Below, one piece after another: positions 54,241 to 64,000 of a DNA stretch of 64,000 nucleotides; the first letter of the stretch is position 1; the number at the start of each line of letters is the position of its first letter. The position numbers were made by a program, and so were the translations under genes. Source of the DNA: Eledone cirrhosa (taxonomy: Eukaryota); contig OZ024745.1 of the NCBI GenBank assembly GCA_964016885.1, positions 25,730,001 to 25,794,000 on the forward strand, written 5' to 3'. The notes below the pieces were generated by a model, which searched no databases, was not told the DNA's origin, and saw only the letters and a program-made list of their open reading frames with translations.

Positions 54241-55585
54241 GTAATTTGTCACATCTTTCTTTTTTACTTTTTTTTCTTTAGCTAGGCTAATTTTCTTTTT
54301 TTTTCCTCTTTTGTTTTTGTAATAAGAGATATTTTAACAACAATCATTTTTAAACCACTTTTCTTATTCAAGCAGGGGCTAGCTGTGTGGTAGTGGTGGT
54401 GATGGTGGGGTCTCTATGACAGGTTTAAATGTACTCATCATGGGGTGGTTTCTGAAGCAATGTTTTACAGCCGGATGCCCTTCCTGCTGACAACTATTTT
54501 AGTAACCTCTTAGGTCATGCAGTGACAGGGTGTATACCTATTCAAAACTGGGTAGACACACTAAAATGAGATATTTTAAGTAATGAGCTCATTTTTTTAT
54601 GCACAGACATAAGTGTTATATGCTTTTAGGAAAGTCATATTCACTATAATTGCTTCCTTTGAACCTCTTGGGTACCATTTTTCTAGAATTCAAAACTCTA
54701 GGGTAGAATTTCTTCACAATTTGAACCTCTTGGATACCATTTCTTTTCTAATTCTGTTCAGTTGCATAAAAGCTATTATTTTCTTTAGTATTTGCACTAA
54801 AAGTGAAGAATTAGGTGGCTAAAACACACCTACTACATCCCTGCCAAGTAATCACATAGTTTTATTTCATAGAGGATATCTGATATATCCTATTATACAG
54901 GCTTAAATAAGAAACATCATTATCTTTGTATTATGTCTGATTTACTATGATGGTATGGTGTCCAACCCATGCAAGTATGGAAAAGTGGACGTAAAAACAA
55001 TGATTAAGAGGATGATGATAATGATGATGATGATGGATTAGGTAGAACTTTTTTGAGGTGGTTTTTCTGTGACCAGATCCCCTTCTTAATGCAAACCCAT
55101 ACTTTATTTTAAAGTACATGGATCATCTTCATTGAGGCAATTAACTGTGTGACATAAACAAATGTTACCACTGCATTTAACACACACACACCCGCACACA
55201 CATAGTGACAAATTGGCAACAGATACAAGAACCCATTGTCACCAGCTGTAGAAATGGATGTACACAAAATGCCCTCCCAAGACATTGGTAATACTCAGAC
55301 TATAGTAGAAGATACTTGCCCAAGATGTCAGGCAGTAGACTCAAACACTAACAAATCACATGTTTGCAAAGCAGACTTTTCTTTACTGCACTGTCATACA
55401 TCTTGATTTAATTATATACTTTTTCTTTACATTTCTTTTAACATGTTTTCAGCCACGCCTACACCTACATTCATACTAAATAAATGATATGGAAAAAAAA
55501 AATGAAATAAATATAAAAATAAATGAATAAAAAGTGATGAATGTAGTGTGTAAAATGTTTCAATTAACTAGTCATTCCTTTCAAA

Positions 55586-55941
55586 CATTTACAGTCAATG
55601 TACAAAGTAGATATATATCTGGTGTCCCATTTACAGTCAATGTACAAAGTAGATATATATCTGGTGTCCCATTTACAGTCAATGTACAAAGTAGATATAT
55701 ATTTGGTGTCCCATTTAGAGTCAATGTACAAAGTAGATATATATCTGGTGTCCCATTTACAGTCAATGTACAAAGTAGATATATATATATATATATATAT
55801 GGTGTCCCATTTAGGGTCACTGTACAAAGCAGATATATATTTGGTCTTCCATTTACAGTCACTGTACAAAGTAGATATATATATATATATGGTGTCCCAT
55901 TTAGAGTCAATGTACAAAGTAGATACATATTTGGTGTCCCA
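55586..55941. repeat. minisatellite, 42-bp unit CATTTACAGTCAATGTACAAAGTAGATATATATCTGGTGTCC
   Basis: About 8 units with a variable internal (TA)n. Confidence 0.95.
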
Positions 55942-56176
55942 CTTTCTGCCTTATCAAGAAGTGTTAAATTGGCAGTTTGCTTGCCTTAACATGTGTGCCT
56001 AACAAAACTAGTTAGAGGTTGTGAATATCAGGCTATAAAACTCCATCAGATAGAGTAGAGTAAAAAATATCTGATTTTCTTTCTGTTTTACACCTATTTT
56101 TTCTTTTTAATGCTAAAATGAAGGAAATAGTTTTTATTGTTGGAAAATTTACTGATAATCACTTTCTCACTTTCAG

Positions 56177-56190
56177 TCAAGGAAATCAAA
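56177..56190 (+). CDS. probable 14-nt microexon (F-K-E-I-K)
   Basis: ctttctcactttcAG|TCAAGGAAATCAAA|GTGAGT continues the phase-1 frame of exon 54108-54240 without a stop. Confidence 0.5.
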
Positions 56191-56350
56191 GTGAGTAATT
56201 TCATATCTATATATCTATATATATAGATATATATATAGATATATATATACATTTTCTTACTGGTAATAAGGTGGTAAAGAATTACTGACCTTTCCTGTTT
56301 ATAATTATGTATAGTGTATATATAGGTTTAAATAATATTAATATATATAT

Positions 56351-56550
56351 ATTATAAAGAGTTGGGACCCCGATGGCTGAACTCTTGCCTCCGTTTCAAC
56401 AGCTAGTGAGTCTGGATTAGCTGTTGAAATGGCAAGAACTCAACCGTCAGTATCCCGACTCTTTATAATATAACTATATACTCTACTACCCCAAGTATCG
56501 AGTACTCTGTTGAGTAATGGTCTAACCAGTTCCAAACTGAATCCATCCTG

Positions 56551-56552
<2 letters not shown>
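56351..56552. mobile_element. diverged palindromic member of the 48838 family
   Basis: tattataaagagttggga...tttcaacagcta / tagctgttgaaa...tcccgactctttataata, followed by the family tail. Confidence 0.6.
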
Positions 56553-56583
<31 letters not shown>

Positions 56584-56725
56584 GATGCCCTAGTTGTGTT
56601 GGGGGTGGGGAACCACAGCTAAAAAAGGTACTCAATGCATTGGTAGCGTATAGGCATCTTTATCATGTATGTATATAGAAATGACTTCTACAGGACTAGA
56701 ACTGTTTCATTTGTATGAAATCATG

Positions 56726-56803
<78 letters not shown>

Positions 56804-57870
56804 CTAAGAATACAACACAATGTGAGTTAGTAAAATTTGAACTACTGGTTTCAAATCTTAAGTTCACTGCCACTGAATCCTAGAATGAAAACAACAACAA
56901 CATATGTTAAATATTCTGCGTTAAATAAAATAAGAGAACTATGATATATCTCCAGGTTAAAAAGTTAAGTATTGCATGGCTGGAAGGCTTAAGAAATTTG
57001 CCTCACAACCATGAGGTTCTAGGTTGGGTTCTTTTGACTGTACAACTAGAACTCTCATTGTTAAACCCAACAATAGCAGTTCATTTTTCTAAAGGTTTAA
57101 GCTGTCCATAGTTCAAGAGAATTAAGTCTGTTGCAGTTCAGTAAGGATCTTTTTCTGAACTATTTCAGAACTCTAAGCCATGCTGTAACAATGGGGAAAG
57201 ACTTTTGGAACTGAGTATTACATAGAAGATTAGCTTCTCATAATATGCAATGAATTTATTCTGGTAGCTGAGTGTTTAGAAGAAGACAGAATTAATTATG
57301 CAATAAATATATTTTCATGAAGCAATGTATAAATAGTAAGGCCCTTTAATTAATGGATATTCTGTGTATTCTCTCTGTAAATTAAAAATCATATATCAAT
57401 GCACCCTTCTCATATAACGCCATCAATCTAATTTAGCAACTCTCGGCTTTCATCTATTAACTTGTGGAATAGTCATAGCTAGTGTATTTACATCAATGAC
57501 AGCAACTATCCTGATTTAACAGGGCTCTGGGCCAGGGTTATGTAATTTACTAGTCTATAGGGGCCTATTTCATAGATTTTCTTGTGGGAATTTATTTGGT
57601 CCTTGCTTCATATTGGTTTCTAATTTTAGCACACGGCCTGTGAACTTAGGGAAAGGCAAAGCTGCTTAAATCAACTCCAGTACTTGATTGGTAATGTTAT
57701 CAATCCCAGAAGCATGAAAGAGATTAATGTTGGTTTTGGCAGGATTTGAACCCAAGTTCTAACAAGTCAGAACAAATATCACAATGACATTTTATCCAAT
57801 GCTCTGCCAATTCTGCCAATCCACCTCGCTTTGTCTCTCCTAATATAGATGTCTATTACGGCCACTCTCT

Positions 57871-58062
57871 GATAGGTTTATTGTTGAGCCTGTAACAGTG
57901 GAGACTTTCAGCATTCTTTGCCCCCAGACCACATCCCTGCTCACTGCTATTGGAGTGAAGCTGGTTATCCAAAGGTGTGAGCTTCTCGAGGTAGAATGGC
58001 TGTTTCAGAGCATCTCCTTTGCCGTCCTCCAGGGCAGTGTCTTTTCTATCCTGTCAGTTGGG
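57871..58062 (+). mobile_element. CRE-clade non-LTR retrotransposon C-terminal (REL endonuclease end) relic
   Basis: FIVEPVTVETFSIL...IGVKL...EVEWLFQSISFAVLQGSVFSIL resembles F.P..VET.G..G...L.QR.S.AV.RGN...IL. Confidence 0.65.
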
Positions 58063-60057
58063 ACCACGAGGTGGATGTCACATTAGGGCAGGAGTAAAGT
58101 AGGGGGACAATGCTGACACACACTCACACACAATAACATATAGTTCAGGACAACAGATATACAACATTACTTGCAACTAGGAAAATATCCCATAACTAAT
58201 GACAAAGTATGTTTGACTTGATTTGATTATGTATCAAACAGAGATAGGTACTGGACTACTGTGTTCAAAATTTTACAGAGGCCCAGGCATGTAATTTTCA
58301 ATGGTTTAACAAGTTTATTGACCCTTACATTTTACTTGGACAACATTGTTGATATGGGAAGAGAAGCCTTGTATGTAAGATTGAATACTGATCTTCCATG
58401 AACAACCTTGCATAGATCTGCACACTGAAACTTTTCAGGTGCAGATGCATTGCCTCCCAAGACTTACAAAAGCTCTGGAATGAATTTATGTAATATAGAT
58501 ATTATAATCTCTTTGTGATTGAATGTTTAGCTTGTGTGTAGTAGTAAGATTACACAGCTGGCTCTCATCATTGTCATCCTTTTTACGTTGACTATTTCAT
58601 GCTGGCATGGGTTGGAAGGGACCTTTTGAGGCAATGTTTTACAGCCGTGTACCTTTCCTGACACCAACTCTTTTAGTTGCTTCTTAAAACATGCTGGTAT
58701 ACGCTGTGCCTATACTAACCCAAATATACATGGCTGTATAAAACTTATATTTATTTCAACAAAAATCATCTAAATTCAGAAAATTGTAGAATTAAGTGAC
58801 CCATTCTAGGCCAATCAGGCCAAACTATGCTATAAAAAGGATGTGAAAATGTAAAACACAACTAATGAGTTTGACTAGTTGCTAATTATCAAATTGATTT
58901 CTCACTGCATAGCAAGCCACCTGGTCAGGTCAGCATTAGGTCAGAGGTTAAATGTCTGAGTCATTTATTTAATAGCTTACTTCTACTGTACATCAGTTCA
59001 CTTCCTGTTAATTTCTAATTGTGTCATCATCTTAATTATAGCTCACTGGCCAATGATTCCATGACTGCAATCATAGTTAACCATCTCTCATTGCCACTAT
59101 TTATTATTATTATTATTTTTATTATTATTATTGTAACTATCATAATTACCATCATAATCATCATCATCATCAAAATTAAATCTAACACCATTAGCAACAA
59201 TTGCTTCGTTTTCTACTGGAGGAGGGAGAAGTATTGTTTTTGCTCTCTACTTACCAACACCATATGTGTACGTGGTGGAGGAGCTTCTATGCCAGATCAG
59301 CGATAATAAATAAATCTTTCTTCCATCTTTAAAAGTGGAATTATTCTGTACCACCACCACCACCACCATTACCACCACCACCACCATTACCACCACCACC
59401 ACCACCACCACCGCCACTAACACTAAACGCCATCAACACTAATAATATTGTTAGTTATGATATCAGCAGTTATCTTGAGCCAAAACAAAACTGGGTGTTT
59501 CCACTATAAATGTTGGCAAAATCACTAAACCACTGAGGTTGTTAAACTTAATAACAATCTGTTCATTATTTAAATTCTGACCATCTCAAATATTGAGACG
59601 TTTATGAGGTAATTTGTCTCAGTTAGAATATATACAATATCACTACACTGAAGCCTCCTTCGTTTCTAATTTTAAAAAAAGTGACATATTGGTTACTGTG
59701 CTGTTGAACTTAGATCTTCGGGATCAGGACTGACCTCAGGATAAGAAATAACAAGAACTTAAATAACACAGATCAGCCATTCAACACAACGTTTTCTTTA
59801 TTAAGCTGTGGAGTCAATATTAGCCTGGACTCTAATTCAATCTCCCATAAATTCCGCCCTGTCGTCATAAGTTGATGTGATGGCCACATCTGGAATGATT
59901 TTAATCACAGGTTTCATGTTCTTCTTGTTGTTATTCAGCTTGAGGCCAGTTCTGATTGAGTAAGATATATATATATATATATATGTATATGTATATATAA
60001 TCATAGGCGTACGACAAGGCCATCTGTTTGTCTTTCTATTTTTACTCCTCTCTCTCT

Positions 60058-61905
<1,848 letters not shown>

Positions 61906-61977
61906 AGTACATTATGAAGAGAGAAGAAACATTTAGATATAATTAGTAATAAGATGTATCATACCTAAACTGCTTCT

Positions 61978-62076
61978 AGATTCCTCGACTACGTAGTTTC
62001 GTGGCATAATCAAAAACAATACATCATAGAGATATAGAGCTTTTGTGAGGTCTGCCGACTTATCAAGAGGATACCT
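61978..62076 (-). ncRNA. type I hammerhead ribozyme, U3-A8 core variant (copy 1)
   Basis: aggtatcctc-TTGATAA-long stem II closed by G-C-GAAA-ctacgtag-TC-gaggaatct, with palindromic stem III ACTACGTAGT. Confidence 0.82.
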
Positions 62077-62565
62077 CATTTTACTAGCTTCAAAGAGTAC
62101 GTCTATAAGATGTGAGATAGAATCCCAAAAGGCGGAGGGGGAGTCAATCACGTGATACGACGGTCAAGAAACAGAGCTAAGCCCCTTATAACCCTGAAAA
62201 AAATACCACGAAGGCGGAGGGGGTATTCATATCGAGGCTGTAGAAGAGGTGGTTAAGGAGACAAGAAGTATGAGAAATGGCAGCTTTCCAGCAGTCACTA
62301 CACTTCAAGGATTACTCGACCAGGGGGAGTTATAAACAATATATTGAGAAACACACAGATACATGCGGACACATACATGAATATATCCACATCCATCCTT
62401 AGTTAATGGTGCCAACCTTAACCGATGTTGCTCTATGAATAACTGGGACAAACCAATCCGAATGGATTAGACTGAACCAGTATCAGAGCTAAAAGTACAT
62501 TATGAAGAGAGAAGAAACATTTAGATATAATTAGTAATAAGATGTATCATACCTAAACTGCTTCT

Positions 62566-62664
62566 AGATTCCTCGACTACGTAGTTTCGTGGCATAATCA
62601 AAAACAATACATCATAGAGATATAGAGCTTTTGTGAGGTCTGCCGACTTATCAAGAAGATACCT
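62566..62664 (-). ncRNA. type I hammerhead ribozyme, U3-A8 core variant (copy 2)
   Basis: As copy 1. The one difference converts a stem I C-G pair to U-G. Confidence 0.82.
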
Positions 62665-63253
62665 CATTTTACTAGCTTCAAAGAGCACGTCTATAAGATG
62701 TGAGATAGAATCCCAAAAGGCGGAGGGGGAGTCAATCACGTGATACGACGGTCAAGAAATGGATGGATGTGGATATATTCATCTATATGTATGTGTCCGC
62801 ATGTATCTGTGTGTTTCTCAATATATTGTGTATATGTATATATATATATATATGTGTATATATGCATATCTATATCTATCTATATATATATATATATATA
62901 TATGTGTGTATATATATATATATGTGTGTGTGTAAATATGTATAGTATTACATCCGTCATCTAATGTCGTTTCTTTACTAAGATCACAGGATGTGATTTA
63001 AAGGAGACATTGGTTGCTATTTTTAGCAGCTGAAACAACCGTGTAGAGAGGGAGTGGGGTACTGTTTCAGTTGTTGAAGTGACACCAAATTTAACCCTGT
63101 GTTATGAGTACATATCTGTTGTTGTTGCTTTCACTCCCCCACTTTCCCTTTCTTTCTTTTGTATCTGGTCAAAACATGGAATTCTATAGTTGTCATTGCA
63201 TCATTTTGGAAGGAAGAGTTAGCTCCTATTTATCCTTCGGATGTTATATGTAA

Positions 63254-63440
63254 TAATTATTTCTACTTTTGACACAAGGCCAGCAAATACCGAGTGCATT
63301 ACTGGTACTTTATTTTATCGACCCCGTAAGGATGAAAGGCAAAGTTAACCTCGGCGGCATTTGAACTCAGAATGGCAAGGGTCGTAACTCTATGCATCAA
63401 AGCATGGCATCCGACCCTCTACCGATACTGCAAATCCACA
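63254..63440 (-). mobile_element. SINE family A
   Basis: Conserved body and head. Confidence 0.88.
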
Positions 63441-63815
63441 TAGGAAAAGCATGGTTGAATGTTTAAGGAGTTCATTTCACAGTCAATAGTTCGATCCTAC
63501 TACATGGAAGTTTAGGCAGATGTCATTTACCAGACCCTCAAGTCGACCCATGACTTGTCAATGTAATTGGGTAGTCGAAAATTACATGAAAGTCGTAGTG
63601 TGGGCTGTAACTGTAATTTAAAGAGCCAGGCTTGTCCCTGTCACACTGTAACACTGTCACTAAATATCCCTGAAAATTACATTAAATGTACATGTGCCTG
63701 GAATTTTCACCATCTTGCATGTTAATTTCACGAGTATGCTGTTTCCATTGGTCAGGCAACAAGAACACCAATCAGCAATTCGTTTCCATTCGATTTGTGA
63801 TAAGGTAAAACCATA

Positions 63816-64000
63816 AAAGACATAGGCTGTGTCTTTTCAGTAGAAATATGGTAAGGAAAGGGTTAAAGACATAGGCTGTGTCTTTTCAGTAGAAATATGG
63901 TAAGGAAGGGGTTAAAGACTTAGGCTGTGTCTTTTCAGTAGAAATATGGTAAGGAAAGGGTTAAAGACATAGGCTGTCTTTTCAGTAGAAATATGGTAAG
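63816..64000. repeat. minisatellite, 49-bp unit AAAGACATAGGCTGTGTCTTTTCAGTAGAAATATGGTAAGGAAAGGGTT
   Basis: About 3.8 units, running off the window end. Confidence 0.93.

Larger units (their letters stand above)
61906..62829 (-). mobile_element. retrozyme/PLE-like element: 266-bp direct repeats 588 bp apart plus an inverted end segment
   Basis: 61906-62171 matches 62494-62759 (two substitutions seen). 62761-62829 is an inverted copy of 62336-62398. Confidence 0.85.

Noticed and set aside
61933-62151. Duplicated 72-aa ORF (also 62521-62739)
   Set aside because: Non-ATG start, no recognisable domain, and it spans the ribozyme, which better explains the sequence.

Overview
Repeat-saturated, AT-rich eukaryotic DNA. 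The SINE and microsatellite content looks like an octopod cephalopod (inference). Nearly all ORFs in the supplied track are microsatellite read-throughs. The window holds two well-preserved tRNA-derived SINE families plus older ones, mariner/Tc1 and hAT MITEs, RTE/CR1/CRE LINE fragments, five minisatellites (one about 4 kb) and very long (TA)n-type arrays. A probable host-gene fragment lies in a CpG-poor block: a 133-nt exon at 54108-54240 and a 14-nt microexon at 56177-56190. The main finding is a set of type I hammerhead ribozyme (HHR) motifs in short elements inserted in (TA)n tracts. Eight fold completely, and further copies are partial or degenerate. They belong to several unrelated sequence families and often sit in head-to-head palindromes. 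Several families carry the rare compensatory U3-A8 core (UUGANAA) instead of CUGANGA. One such pair is tandem, 588 nt apart, and could release a retrozyme-like RNA. The architecture matches Penelope-like element (PLE) pseudo-LTRs or retrozymes, but no RT/GIY-YIG ORF is visible here. All folds were done by eye and no activity has been shown.
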